Below are positions 1-13,289 of a stretch of 64,000 bases of DNA, piece after piece (within the stretch, counting starts at the first letter, position 1; the number at the start of each line of letters is the position of its first letter). The DNA is from Mobula hypostoma (Eukaryota). The translations under genes were made by a program, and so were the position numbers. A model generated the notes under the pieces. That model saw nothing but the letters and a program-made list of their open reading frames with translations. It was not told where the DNA came from and ran no database searches. Where the stretch lies: NCBI RefSeq assembly GCF_963921235.1, contig NC_086109.1, positions 19,470,001 to 19,534,000 on the forward strand, in the 5' to 3' direction.

Positions 1-455
1 GTACCACACACTCCCAAACTGAGAGGTTAAAGAATTCAGTAAACACACCAGCCAGCTGGTCAGCACAGGTCTTTAGTACGTGGCCAGTTACTCATCCAGT
101 CCAGGTGCTTTCCATGAATTCTCCTTCCTGAAGGCAGCACACGCATCATCTTCAGAGACTGAGATCAGAGGATCATCAGGGCATGTGGGGGTTTGTGATG
201 GTTTCTCCATTTTATGACGGCCAAAGGAGCATACGAGGCATTGAGCTCATCTGGAAGTGAAGCTCTGCTGTCTCACATGTCATTTCATCTAATTTTATCA
301 GAGGTGAAAGAATTCAAGCCCTAGCACAGCAGCCAAGCATCCTTTGTTGATTCAAGTTTGGTCCAAAATTTCCACCTCATCCGTGAAATTGCTTTCCGGA
401 AATCATACCTGCAACTCTTGTAGCTTTCTTGATCTCCAGACTTGAATGGCTCTAT
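1..455 (-). mobile_element. Rex1/Babar-type LINE ORF fragment (region just upstream of RT), degenerate
   Basis: Minus-strand translation across stops and frameshifts gives [56 protein letters not shown], typical of Rex1/Babar ORFs; runs off the window start. Confidence 0.75.
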
Positions 456-934
456 CATTCACTTTGTGAAAACCTTCTTTCACCCTGAGCTTTCCAATTT
501 GTTTAGGCAGTGCTGCAGATATCCATTGGCCATTAGTTATTGTAATTGAGTAATGGCATAATAAGTGCTTATTACCCTCAATCTATATCTTTGGCAACAA
601 AAAAAATCAAATTCAGCAGTTCATGTCATCAGGTTTAAACTCACTTCAAAATATAATTTTTTTTGTTATTTTCCTTTATTTCTGTCTTTCTCACCCTCTT
701 AGTTAATATAATTTTTCTTTTCTATTTTTATTTCTATTTCAATTCTGATTTGGTATTGAATTTGGTATTAAATGAGTAAGAATTCAGTCTTACTCCCACA
801 TTTCCCTGCAGCAAATTACAACTCCAGAAAACTGGTGATTTATAGAATTTCCTTGTTGCATCTATCACCAATGTGCTTCAATCCTACAGACCCCTCCTTT
901 GTACTGTTATATATTGGCAAACTTTCTGTCCCTC

Positions 935-1035
935 TCAACCCTGAGGCAGAGTCTTGATTCAAAATGTTGATTTACATCTTTTGCCTCCACAGATGCTGCT
1001 TGACCCACTGAGTTCTTCCATTGTTCTGTTTTGTT
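935..1035 (+). mobile_element. Old PLE terminal-repeat remnant
   Basis: cacagatgctgcttgacccactgagttcttcca matches the PLE end motif agatgctgcctggcctgctgagttcctccagca seen in other copies. Confidence 0.55.
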
Positions 1036-2174
1036 TCGTTCTACCCTCTGTTTCCCTGCCTCTTGGTACTAGCTTATACTTCCTTTGTAGAAGCCAAGAA
1101 TCAATAAATAGGAGACCCAAGCTAGTATCAGAATCATTGTGGAAAATGACATTAATTATCTAAAAGTAAGATTCCATTCATTGCATTGGTCTGGGAGTGC
1201 TACGTACTGTACGCCAGCCAGGTATAGAGTCTTCACTATGGTTCACTACATGCTAACAACTTAGTCAATCAAAGACAGCACCAGCCTGTGATGAAGGGAG
1301 TGTAGTGGAGGGACTTAGAGCCTGTGAACAATTGACAGAATTTGAACAGAAGCAAGAGCAGGAGGAACAGTGTGGTTTCCTAGCAGAAGAGACATGCATT
1401 ATCCACATCAGATATATTGGGCTTCTTATGACAAGCCTACGTTGTCATGGTTCCCAAAGCAAAATAAGTGATCCTCTTCATGGCCCAATAGTTACTAGCA
1501 GCATAGTGCAGATGATCCTTTCATTATGGCCATTCATTATGGCAGATGTTCACCCACACAGAAGTTATAAATTACTTCCCGTAAGTTTGAGATATGGAAT
1601 AAGATCCATTCAAATGGAAATTAAATGATTCAATGAAAATAAATAAACAGAAAATTTATATGTTTGAATTCACATTACTTGTTGTAGGTGCAGATGATGG
1701 GGGTTCCTATAATGAAAAATGGGAATATATACCATTTATTAGTAATGCAAACCTCCCCATTACAAGGGCCCACCTGTACAACAGTAACGTGGCAGGGAGC
1801 TTAAGTGGCATCAGAACTATCGCACAATGACAAATGAATCCTTTATCCAATTGTTGAAATGGTTTATCACAGCTTTTCCATGAGCTATGGCTCACCATGA
1901 TTTTTTTTTGTAAGGAAGTAGGATTTATTTATAAATTGCTTCGTTGAGCGGAGTTTCTTGAACAGTCACTTCCCATCACACACTGTGTTCCTGATAGCCC
2001 TCATCTGTCCCATACCAATGCAAAGCATACAGGACCGCCCTCCTGGTACTCTTCTCACTGATGACGATGTTGTTTCACTAAACGTGGGAGCTTTGTCCCT
2101 GTAGCTTCTTTCTCCTCTGTGACAGGCACAGTATGGAAATGATCAGACTCGCTTGGGAAAATATCCCTCTAATG

Positions 2175-2254
2175 AAGGGGTTCCCAACCTTCTTTATGCC
2201 ATGGAGCCCTACCATTCACTAAAACATCTGTGGACCCCAGGTTGGGAACCCCTG
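2175..2254 (+). mobile_element. 80-bp hAT-type MITE, copy 1
   Basis: TIRs aggggttcccaacct / aggttgggaacccctg; 8-bp TSD ctctaatg (2167-2174) / ctctaagg (2255-2262). Confidence 0.85.
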
Positions 2255-2429
2255 CTCTAAGGGCTGACTTTCATCTGAGACTGGTGTGAATTAAGGTGTC
2301 TAAAAGTACACTGAACTGAACGTAATCCCATTAGGAACTGTACAGTCCCATTTTGGAGCACATTTCTCAGGGTAAGATACCCTAATGTTCTTTAATGAGC
2401 CCTGGTGAGAGGAGGCAGTCTGAAGCACT

Positions 2430-2535
2430 TACTGTTTATTCCTTTCCATAGATGCTGCCTGACCTGCTGAGTTCCTCCAGCATTTCATGTGTGTTCCTCA
2501 AGATTTCCAGCATTTCCAGAATCCCTTGTGTTTTT
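2430..2535 (+). mobile_element. PLE terminal-repeat remnant
   Basis: catagatgctgcctgacctgctgagttcctccagcatt..gatttccagcat end motif. Confidence 0.65.
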
Positions 2536-3404
2536 GGACAACTCATTGATATTTTTTGCCACATGATATGGCATTAGTGCACATGCTATGATGAATTGTT
2601 TTAATGAAAAATGGGTAACAACAAAGTACTTGGCCAATTGCCTCAGATGGTATCTATCTGTTTTCTCCAGAAGTTCATGCTTTTGAGAACTTTGTGTGCA
2701 ACATTTTTTTCTTTGATTCGGCGGGTGTGATGATATCTATCTAATAATTGTCTAATATCCTGCCACAGCAGACACTTGGCCGGCATATTCTCTCCTTCAA
2801 ACCCTATCCTGTCATTTCTTCTGCCCTTTATCTTGGGGTTTATCTCACATAAACGTTGAGAAGAAGGAACTAGGTCCCTTTTGCAATTAATATATGTGAT
2901 GTATATAGAGATCATGGAGTCTCAACAGCACAAAAGGATCTTGTTTGGCCCAGCAAGATGCCGCTGGTTGTCTGTCGAGCAATCCAGTCAGTCCCTTTGC
3001 CCACTCTGTCCCCGTCACCCTGCAGGTATAACTCCTTCAGAGTTTATTAAACATCTCTACTTCCAATGCAATTGTAGATCCAGATCAGATCCAGATTAAG
3101 CAAATACATCAGGATGCAATGAAATTCCTCGCTTGCTATTCCTCGCTGTCCCCAAGTACAAAATCTCTTGCCAAACACTGAAATCTGTGTTCTCTTACAT
3201 TTGTACTATCACCTAATGTAGACAATCTTTTCTTTCTCTACCTGATCTCAGCCAGTCATGATATTGAAGTTCCTCAATCAAATTTCCATTCATGGCCCTT
3301 AGGAGACCAATTTCACATTCTCCAACTTAATATTACAACTAACATCTCTCATTGCTGGAACTATTCTCTGAAGTATTTCATAAATACTTCATAGAATAAT
3401 ACGA

Positions 3405-3750
3405 GAGTCAGAATCAGAAATCAGGTTTAATATCTTCAGTATATGTCATGAAATCTGTTAACTTAGCGGTTGTAGTACAATGCAATGCATGATAATATAG
3501 AAAAATAATAAGTAAGTAAATCAATTACAGTAAGTGCACTGTATATGTATATTAAACAATTAAATTGAAAATAGTACAAAAACAGAAATAATATATATTT
3601 AAAAAGTGAGGCAGTGTTCATGGGTTCAATGTCCATTTAGGAATCGGATGGCAGAAGGGAAAAAGCTGTTTCTGATTCACTAAGTGTGTGCCTTCAGGCT
3701 TCTGTACCTCCTTCCAGAAGGTAACAATGAGAAGAGGGCATGTTCTGGGT
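3405..3750 (-). mobile_element. Rex1-type LINE 3' end
   Basis: (gaatca)n tail on the plus strand, then ttaggaatcggatggcagaagggaaaaagctgtt, the antisense of the C-terminal SFFPSAI motif. Confidence 0.65.
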
Positions 3751-5764
3751 ATAAACGTTGGATATAATGTTTCTCAAGTAGCCACATAAATCTTGCTGCA
3801 GTCACCTGCACAACAGTGTCCAGATTCAAGCCAATTAATTAAATTTGTAACACACAAAGAAGGTGATAGAGAGAAACAAACGGCTCTTTCTTTACTCGTG
3901 TATTGGTTCTTTCTGTGTCATTATCTACCCGCTTACATTGCCACCTCTACCCCTTCCTTTTTCATTATCTCTCTCCTCTTTGACAATGTCTCCTTCCCTT
4001 TCAGTAATCTCTACTGCCTAATGAAAATATCATGAAGAGAACAAGAGTTTGATTATGGATTTTCCTGCAGAGTAAAGTGCTTGAGAGGGTTAGATAGATA
4101 GATAGTTAGACAGACAGGCAGAAAGAGAAATAGGGTGGGAGCAAGGAAGAAAAAGTGAGAGAGCCCTCTTACCTTTCTATCCTTTATCATGAATGAGTAT
4201 TGAAGAAATCTGCTCTGCCAGAGAACAAGCTATAGTCATTCAGCCGATGAGTTGTATATATGTTTACAAGAGAGTGCTTAAAATCATTAATGTGTCAAGG
4301 AAATGTGAACAAATAAGAAATAAAAGGGAAACAAGAAACAAATATAAATCTTATTGTGGACTGATAAAACTCAAGAGATTACCCATAATTATTGTCTAAA
4401 GATCAGCATTGAGCTAATGTCTATTTTTAGACAGAAACCATGGAAACGCTGTAGTTAAACATCAAAGTCTGTTAGCTATCTTTTCATTATAGCAAAAAAA
4501 GCATCTGCTTATGCAAATGTTTTGTTTTGTTTGGATGCAAATAGCAAGCAAACGGACGAGCTGTAAAAACGCTGAATACAACAGCAAAACAACGAGGATG
4601 CTGGAAATCTGAAATAAAACTGAAAATGTTGAAAACTCTCAGCAAGTCAGGCAGTAACTATTGAAAGAGAAAAAATGGTTAATGCTTCAGGTTGCTGACC
4701 TTCCATTATAAAAGGTCATTGACCTGCTAAGTTAATTCATGGTGTGGGCAAGTGTCTCAGTAGAAAGTGTAGAGATTGTTGTCTCTACATACTGAACCCA
4801 GTTATTATGTCCAGAGTAGTTATTGGCAATACTGAGTCACTAGTGAATTGCAGGTGGGCGGGGCATATGACTCACAGCAAAGAGTTTTAAGGTTCACAAA
4901 GAAAGTCAATTCACTTGGTGAACAAAGAGTACTTAAATCACAGAAGAAGTAAACTACAGCAACTTCTCCCAGTAAAATTGAAGCACTTTCTCCAGGAAGC
5001 TGCATCGAGTTTAGAATGATTGCATTTAATTATGTGCACGAAGCTACAGTATTATCAATCAGTTATGGCAGAGGAATTACCGAATTACAGAGTCATGAAC
5101 ACTATGCTTTCCAATTAATCTGGTTCCCTCACATCTTTCCCATAGCTCTGTAGTTATTTACTCCTTTTCAAATGTTTATCCAGTTCCCCTTTCCATGTAT
5201 GTTGGTTATTAAGTTGCTATCAACTGCAATCTATTAGTGAATTCTATCTTTTTAAATATCTATCTCTCCTTTTGCTTTGATGTTCTTTCTTGTGTGAAGG
5301 CTCCTTCTTACCTGTCTCCAGTTTCAAGATTTCAAAGTTCCAGCAACTGCTGTGTTCTCGTGTCTCAGAGTGCCGGCATGCTTTTCTTGTACTCTGTCGC
5401 TCTACTCCTCTCGTTCATCTGCCCCTATTTACATTTCTCCAGCCACCTCAGCTTCCTCTCCGAGAAGGCACCATTAACCCAGCCTTGGTTGAGACACTAA
5501 GGTTGCCAGCTGTGTTTTTATTCAATCCAAAGATGACCTCTGTCATGGTTCACCCACGGATCCTGAAGTAACTCAGTAACCCTATCCCTGAACCAAGTAA
5601 CCAGCCGACACAAGACAGGGCGTGGATGCTGAAAGGTCTGCTTCCACAGGTGTTATAAAGCCTACAGTCACTTTCATGAGGAAGGATTGTCCAATTGACT
5701 TGGATTTCCACCCCATCCCACAGCCATCCCCATTCCTCTCAACATCCTAACCTTTCTAACTTCT

Positions 5765-6135
5765 ACAGGTGCACAAGGGAGAATATCATGGCTTGGTTTG
5801 GGAAGACCAAGAACTGAAAAGCCTACAGAAAATAGTGGACACAGCCCAGTACATCACACAAGAAGACCTCCCCATTGTTGAGCACTTCCTTACCGAGTGC
5901 TGTCATAAGAAAGCAGCCTCATCGTCAAGGACATTCACCATCCAGGCCATGCTGTCTTCTCATTGGCATGGAGGTACTTAGGTCCCACACCCCAGGCTCA
6001 GGAACATACAACCATCAGGCTCCTCAAACAATGTGCAACTTCATTCACCTCAACTCTGAAATGATTCCGCAACCTATGGAATCAATTTCAAGGACTTACA
6101 CTCATTATTTATTATTCATTATTATTTATTTACTT
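5765..6135 (+). mobile_element. Rex1-type LINE 3' fragment, left part (host of the Dong insertion)
   Basis: ORF 5769 contains LKSLQKIVDTAQYIT..LP, similar to KALQRVVKTAQRIIGTQLP in ORF 19444-20226; the 3' UTR stops at a TTA-rich tract and resumes at about 9756. Confidence 0.7.
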
Positions 6136-6623
6136 GTTTTTATTTTTTCTCAGATCAAGCTGGTAAAACCTGAGGTACAGGCATAGCAACATAAGCACAC
6201 TCATTTCTCAATTGCTAGAAACTTCTGGACTATTCTAGTGGTGTTTAGTATTGTGGCTTTCTGGAGATTTACACAGATATTGCTGTGTAGGCCTAATTGT
6301 TTAATGCTATTGTGTAATTGACTTTGGGATGATACCAGTTGTAGATATTACTATTGGGAAAATACATACCCTGTTCATGTTCCAAAGTCTTTCAATTTCC
6401 TCTTTTAATTCAGCATATTTCTGGTGTTTTTCACCTAATGATTTCTATATGTTATGTGTGTTTGGAATAGCTAAATCTATTAAGTAAGTTGTTCTTCCTT
6501 GCTTTTCCTGTAATATTATATCAGGACGGTTATTATGGATTGTTCTATCTGTAATAACGGTTCAGTCATGATAAAATTTGTAGGACTCTGACTCTAAAAC
6601 TGGATCAGGCTTGTATCTAAATA

Positions 6624-6945
6624 TCTTGTGTGTAAGACCAGAGGACACAGCCTCGGAATAGACAGCCGTCCTTTTAGAAAGGAGATGAAGAGGAATTTCT
6701 TTAGTCAGAAAGTGGTGAATCTATGGAATTCATTGCCACAGACAGCTGTGGAGGTCAAGTCTGTATGAATATTTAAGGCAGGGGTTGATAGATTCTTGAT
6801 TGTTAGGGCATGAAGGGAATGGAGGAGAAGGCAGGGGATTGAGGCTGAGAAGAAAATTGGATCAGCCATGATGAAATGGTGGAGCAGACTCAATGGGCCA
6901 GATGGCCTAATTCTGCCTCTATATCTTTTGGTCTTATGGGCTTAT
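6624..6945 (+). mobile_element. CR1 LINE 3' end nested in Dong
   Basis: TRGHSL..FRKEMKRNFFSQKVVNLWNSLP coding end, then 3' UTR ending in a (tcttatgg) tail. Confidence 0.85.
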
Positions 6946-7696
6946 GGTATGGTGCTTTTTATGAGTTTATATTTTAAAGCAAGATTTTGATGAATAATGT
7001 TTGCCACTTGATTGTGCCTGTGGAAGTAATCAGATTGAATTAAACTGCTGCAAGATCCTGTAATGTGTTTGGATTGTTTCTTGGCATTTTCTGCATTTAT
7101 CATCTTGGATTTCCTATTATGTATTTTTGATCATTTTTTGTATTAACCACTTGGTCCTGTGTTGCCACGAGAAACCCCCTTTTTTTCTGGAAAGATCTCC
7201 AACGTTGAGCCAGGTGTCCAACACTTCCTTGTCCACATCTAGTCTGCTCAGATTGTGGGGATGTCTTCCAAGGAGGGCCATGCTCTTCCATTGGTTAACT
7301 TTTTCTTCATTTTTCTTGGTTGTGCTTTAATTTAATTTAGTACTGAGTTCTTACCAGAATTGCATATGCACATGTGGAGTGCTGAACTCTGTTTTCATCG
7401 ATGAAAATATATCTTCAGAAGTTTTATCTGACTCTTGTGAAAGTGTTTTATGTCTGTTATTCCTCTTCCTTGGTCTGTCCTAGGTAATGTTAATCTGTGC
7501 GTTTGAGTGTACATAGTGCTTTCTAATATTTGTTATTTCAGTTCTTATTTTTCTTTGTAAAATTTTCCGATCAGTTTCAGACTAAAATATTACACAAAGA
7601 GAATATGTTAATATGGATATGGCAAACATGTTTATTGCCCTTGTTAAAGTTTTACTATTGAACTCTATTTGGCAGATTTTCTTAAGCACTTATTCT

Positions 7697-8360
7697 ACAT
7701 AAGAACATAGAAAACCTACAGCACAATACAGGCCCTTCGGCCCTCAAAGCTGTGCCGAACATATCCTTACCTTAGAAATTATCTAGGGTTACCCATAGCC
7801 CTCTATTTTTCTGAGCTCCATGTCTCTTAAAAGACCCTATCGTATCTGCCTTCACCACCGTCATCGGCAGCCCATTCCACGCACTCACCACTCTGCGTAA
7901 AAAACTTACCCCTGACATCTCCTCTGTACCTACTTCTAAACACCTTAAAACTGTACCCTTTCATGTGTTAGCCATTTCAGCCCTGGGGGAAAGCCTCTGA
8001 CTATCCACACGATCAATGCCTCTCATCATCGTATACACATCTATCAGGTCACCTCTCATCCTCCATCGCTCCAAGGAAAAAAGGCCAAGTTCACTCAACC
8101 TATTCTCATAAGGCATGCTCCCCAATCCAGGCAAAATCCTTGTAAATGTCCTCTGCACCCTTTCTATAGTTTCCACACCCTTCCTGTAGTGAGGCGACCA
8201 GAACTGAGCACAGTACTCCGAGTGGGGTCTGACCAGGGTCCTGTATAGCTGTAACATTACCTCTCCGCTCTTGAACTCAGTCCCAAGGTTGATGAAGGCC
8301 AATGCACCATATGCTTTCTTAACCACACAGTCAACCTGCACAGCAACTTTGAGTGCTATA
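7697..8360 (-). mobile_element. CR1 LINE 3' fragment nested in Dong
   Basis: ORF 7961-8341 LYRTLVRPHSEYCAQFWSP..LERWRMRGDLI; TSD ttattct at 7690-7696 and 8361-8367. Confidence 0.9.
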
Positions 8361-9755
8361 TTATTCTGATGAAAGTTTTCTCTTTATCACATTATGATCT
8401 ATTTTCTTTCCTTGTTGCTGTCCAAATACTTATAGGTTTCATATTCATCCTTTGGTTGTTTTGTATCCTGCTGCTCTGTTTTATATTCTACTAGCTCTAT
8501 TGCACCATTCTTTATGTTTAATGTTCTGCACTTATCTAATCCAAAGTTCATGCTTATATCTTTAGAAAATAGTTCTGCTATTTGAATTAATTGCTTTAGC
8601 TTTACTGATGAAGGAATATATAACTTCAAGTTGTCCGTTTATAGAAGGTATATCAAGATAGAATTTGCTTGTTTCTAATTTGATACCCTATTTTCATCTG
8701 ATATAGTAAATTAGAGAGTGAGTTTAAATCTAGACAAAACCATAGTGGGCTAAGAGAGTCGTCCTGGAAAATACTTCAGTTTATTTTGATAATGGTGGTT
8801 GTTCTTTTTTGGTTGTTAATAGATAAGGTGATAAAAGTTTACCAATCCTTCAACAGATGTTGTAGGAATTTCACAATTTTGGGTGTAGGTTTAAGAACTA
8901 CATTAATTAGAATCTTTTATTAATCATAAGTGTGAGACAGAATGAAATGCTTTTTGGTAGTCAGTGTAACAACATGAAAGACTTCTGCTTTTCTACTGGG
9001 CTTGATGTAGAATTACAGAATCTATTATAACTTGTTCGTTACATCCTTTCATATCCTTCCAGCATCCTTTCTGCTCTTCTGTAAGTATATTGTGGTTATC
9101 TAAGTGAGCAGTGATTTGTTGCGAGATACATGATGTTACAATTTTATATGTAGTTTGTAAACAAGTAATAGGACAATATTTTGATGGGTCATTTATGATT
9201 CTTCCTTTAGGTGAGAGATATGTCTTACTTTCTATCAAAAATTTGGGTACATTTTCAGGATTTTTAAAAAAAAATTGTTGCTATGTATTGATAGGTATGG
9301 ATGAACGCAAATAAATATTTTACACCATAATTCTGAATATTATCACTGCCAATACTTTTCTAGTTGTAGGCATTTTTTATGACTGCTTTTAGTATATCCA
9401 TTGTAACTTCAGGTGCTTGCATGTCTTCAATTGTGCGAGTGTGTTTATTTTCCTCTGTAATCCAGCTTGCTTCTTGATTGTGTGTGGCCCTGTTTGACCA
9501 GATATTAGACCAAAAGTTCATTATGTCTGTGTTTGTTGCTAATTCTGTACTTGGGTTGGTGACATTTTGGTGCATTGAATTTAGTTTTAATGTCCTGTAT
9601 AAACCTTTTTCATTGTTCCTGTAGTGATAATTCTGTTTTCTTTGTCTAGCACATTTCACTTACCTATTTAGTCTGGCTTTATACTCACCAAGCTCTTGTT
9701 TTAGTGTGCCCATAAATTCTACAATGCTTTTGCTAGGCTAATTCTATCTTGTATT

Positions 9756-9975
9756 ATTATTATTAATATTATTATTAGTAGTAGTTTTTTTGTATTTTCA
9801 CAGCTTGCCTTATTTTGCACATTGTTTTTTTTGTCACTCTGTGTGTAGTTTTTCATTGATTCCATTGTATTTTTTTTGTTCCACTATGAATACCAGCAAG
9901 AAAATGATTCTCAGAGTCGTATATGGTGACATATACGTACTATGATAATAAATTTATCTTTAGTTTTGAACTTCA
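9756..9975 (+). mobile_element. Rex1-type LINE 3' UTR, right part (continues 5765-6135)
   Basis: gcaagaaaatgattctcagagtcgtatatggtgacatatacgtactatgataataaa matches the uninterrupted UTR at 15240-15400. Confidence 0.7.
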
Positions 9976-10109
9976 AGGACTTAGCATTTCTCTTCAAAGC
10001 AGCTCCCAGTTCTGGCATGGCTAAGATCGGTTCCAGTCATAACTAGTTCTACCTGATACTAAAAAATATCATCTGTGTCCTTAAAGCATTGCCCTTGACA
10101 CCTCAGAGG

Positions 10110-10300
10110 TGGGGTCGTAAAGCAGCAAAACAGGCCTTTCGGCGCAGCAAATCCTTGGTGAATATCAAGCACCCATTTACATTAGCTTCATTAATCCAAT
10201 TTTGTTTCCCCTTATTCAGTACCCACTAGATTCTACCACTCACCTACACACTAAGGGAAACTTATAGTGGTTAAATAGCTTACCAACTGGCACATTGGTA
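10110..10300 (-). mobile_element. HE1-like SINE 3' part
   Basis: aaacaggcctttcggc (CR1-type tail, antisense) and attctaccactcacctacacactaaggg. Confidence 0.5.
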
Positions 10301-10344
10301 AATAGTAAATGGTTTATTATTGTCACATGTGCTGGGATTCAGTG

Positions 10345-10463
10345 ACAAATAAAAAAATAGAGGGCTATGCTGTAGGGTAATTCTAGGCAGTTTACAGAGC
10401 AGGTTACATGGTCGGCACAACATTGTGGGCCGAAGGGCCTGTAATGTGCTGTAGGCTTCTATG
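10345..10463 (+). mobile_element. CR1 3' tail fragment
   Basis: ggtcggcacaacattgtgggccgaagggcctgtaatgtgctgtagg..ttctatg, the CR1 terminal stem-loop and tail. Confidence 0.75.
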
Positions 10464-10616
10464 AAACTTAGTTCTGCATGCCATCTATAAGATCATTTAA
10501 TTAAGATAGTACAACGGGTAAAGCAACAGCAGAGTTGTAGTGAGAATGTAGTGTCTTCATTCCAGAGGAAGTGCAGTGCAGGTAGATAATCATTTGCAAG
10601 GGCCTTAATCAGGTCG

Positions 10617-12266
10617 GAACTGAGGGAAATACATGTTAGTAGGGAAGTGGTGTTAGGTAAATTGAAGGGATTAAAGGCAGATAAATCCCCAGGGCCAGAT
10701 GGTCTGCATCCCAGAGTGCTTAAGGAAGTAGTCCAAGAAATGGTGGATGCATTAGTGATAATTTTTCAAAACTATTTAGATTCTGGACTGGTTCCTGAGG
10801 GTTGGAGGGTGGCTAATGTAACCCCACTTTTTAAAAAAGGAGGGAGAGAGAAACCAGGGAATTATAGACTGGTTAGCCTAACATCGGTGGTAGGGAAACT
10901 GCTGGAGTCAGTTATCAAGGATGTGATAACAACACATTTGGAAAGTGGTGAAATCATCGGACAAAGTCAGCATGGATTTGTGAAAGGAATGTCATGTCTG
11001 ATGAATCTCATAGAATTTTTTGAGGATGTAACTAGTAGAATGAATAGGGGAGAACCAGTGGATATGGTACATTTGGATTTTCGAAAGGCTTTTGACAAGG
11101 TCCCACCCAGGAGATTAGTGTGCAAATTAAAGCACACGGTATTGGGGGTAAGGTATTGATGTGGATAGAGAATTGGTTGGCAGACAGGAAGCAAAGAGTG
11201 GGAATAAACGGGACCTTTTCAGAATGGCAGGCGGTGACTAGTGGGGTACCGCAAGGCTCAGTGCTGGGACCCCAGTTGTTTACAATATATATTAATGACT
11301 TGGTTGAGGGAATTAACTGCAGCATCTCCAAGTTTGCGGAAGACACGAAGCTGGGCGGCAGTGTTAGCTGTGAGGAGGATGCTAAGAGGATGCAGGGTGA
11401 TTTGGATAGGTTAGGTGAGTGGGCAAATTCATGGCAGATGCAATTTAATGTGGATAAATGTGAGGTTATCCACTTTGGTGGCAAAAATAGGAAAACAGAT
11501 TATTATCTGAATGGTGGCTGATTAGGAAAAGGGGAGGTGCAACGAGACCTAGGTGTCATTATACACCAGTCATTGAAAGTGGGCATGCAGGTACAGCTGG
11601 CGGTGAAAAAGGCGAATGGTATGCTGGCATTTATAGCAAGAGGATTCAAGTACAGGAGCAGGGAGGTACTACTGCAGTTGTACAAGTCCTTGGTGAGACC
11701 ATACCTGGAGTATTGTATGCAGTTTTGGTCCCCTAATCTGAGCAAAGACATTCTTGCCATAGAGAGAGTACAAAGAAGGTTCACCAGATTGATTCCTGGG
11801 ATGGCAGGACTTTCATATGCTGAAAGACTGGATGAACTAGGCTTATACTCGTTGGAATTTAGAAGATTGAGGGGGGATCTGATTGAAATGTATAAAATCC
11901 TGAAGGGATTGGACAGGCTGGATGCAGGAAGATTGTTCCCGATGTTGGGGAAGTCCAGAACGAGGGGTCACGGTTTGAGGATAAAGGGGAAGCCTTTTAG
12001 GACCGGGATTAGGAAAAACTTCTTCACACAGAGAGTGGTGAATCTGTGGAATTCTCTGCCACAGGAAACAGTTGAGGCCAGTTCATTGGCTATATTTAAG
12101 AGGGAGTTAGATATGGCCCTTGTGGCTAAAGGGATCAGGGGGTATGGAGGGAAGGCCGGTACAAGGTTCTGAGTTGGATGATCAGCCATGATCATACTGA
12201 ATGGCGGTGCAGGCTCGAAGGGCCAAATGGCCTACTCCTGCACCTATTTTCTATGTTTTCTATGTT
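10617..12266 (+). mobile_element. CR1 LINE, 5'-truncated, near-intact RT domain (one frameshift, one stop)
   Basis: KSPGPDGLHP..NYRLVSLTS..LDFRKAFDKV (10647-11159), SGVPQGSVLGP..KFAEDTKL (11120-11521), C-terminal ORF 11537-12172; tail ttctatgttttctatgtt. Confidence 0.95.
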
Positions 12267-12624
12267 GAATGGAAGGTCAAGAGTTCACCTTTACCTTACA
12301 AGAGTTTTGATCAAGAGTCTTATAACAGCGGGATGTGGGATGAAACAGCAGCGTCCCGAGGAAAGGGACACGGTGACAGGAAGAACATGCATACAGCAAC
12401 AGAGGTCAAGATTGAACCCCAGTCTAAAGAACGATGAGGGAGCAGTTGTATTAGATGTGCCACTGCATGCCACAAAGGTCTCTTGCCATGGCCTAAAAGG
12501 ACATTTGGAGAGTTGAGCATCTGACGCCTTCTGTTGGTCAGGGTTGACCATGGACATTACTTCTTTCACGTCAAATTTTACGTCACATGCCGGTGATAAT
12601 AAACCTGATTCTGATTCAGATTCC

Positions 12625-13140
12625 TAACTGTCTGCTTGTTGCATAAGCCAGGGCAGTATGATATGGAGAACAAGTAGTTGCCCATGAGGCAGGGCACTTC
12701 CTTTTCATGCAGCTGAAGAATCCGAAGTAACGGCAGATACCAATACAGTGTGGCACCAGCGGCATCGCAAGAAGTGCCAGTCAGCGTTGAACTCAGAGTA
12801 GAATTGCCTAGGGTTTCCAGCTCTGGATTTTTCCTTGGGGGTTACCTCTGAAGCCTGCCCCATGAGTGGGTTTAGCTGCAAAGTAGCGGAGGTTTGAGAT
12901 CAGAGTTTTCCTTCCCCTAGATGAGCTGCCAACCATGTCTAATGAGTTCCACCTACCTGCTGGCACCAGTAACCCTTCTTTTCCCCTCCTCTTGCCAGTA
13001 GAAATGGTTCCACCAGGCCTAGTAACTAAGCCTCACGTGAAGACCAGGAGTTGGAACTATTTGAGATGCATGCCATTGAGAGCATTTAATAGGTGGAGGG
13101 AGCTTATCCCCACTATCTCCTCCCGCTACAACAGCCTTAA
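12625..13140 (-). mobile_element. RTE-clade LINE-derived non-coding (5' UTR-like) segment
   Basis: 12650-12775 is visibly homologous to the middle of the CORE-SINE at 24500-24620 (agttgcccatg..atacag..ggcaccag..cgca); RTE assignment is from recalled similarity. Confidence 0.5.
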
Positions 13141-13289
13141 GGAACCAGAGAGTTAAGCATTAATCATCAATATGCAACAAATATTAGTATCGCTTTGTTG
13201 TTGTTACATGTACCGAGATAGAGAGAAAAACTTCATTACTCCTCTAGTGTAAGGAGATACCTGTGAGCGATTGCATGTTCCAGGATGTA

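Larger units (their letters stand above)
6140..9755 (-). mobile_element. R4/Dong(Rex6)-clade non-LTR retrotransposon, 5'-truncated and pseudogenised, interrupted by two CR1 inserts
   Basis: Colinear minus-strand pieces: RQRKQNYHYRNNEKGLYRTL (9360-9659), PITCLQTTYKIVTS..EEQKGC..GCNEQVIIDS (8993-9238), degenerate YMDDLKL then MNFGLDKC..YKYL (8399-8650), GFLVATQDQVVNTKN..CRKC..HITGSC..RHNQVA zinc knuckle (about 7000-7180), NRPDII..LIDLAIP..KHQKYAEL endonuclease (about 6400-6540). Confidence 0.85.

Noticed and set aside
11032..12195. Minus-strand ORFs of 75-150 aa
   Set aside because: Antisense shadows of the CR1 RT frame
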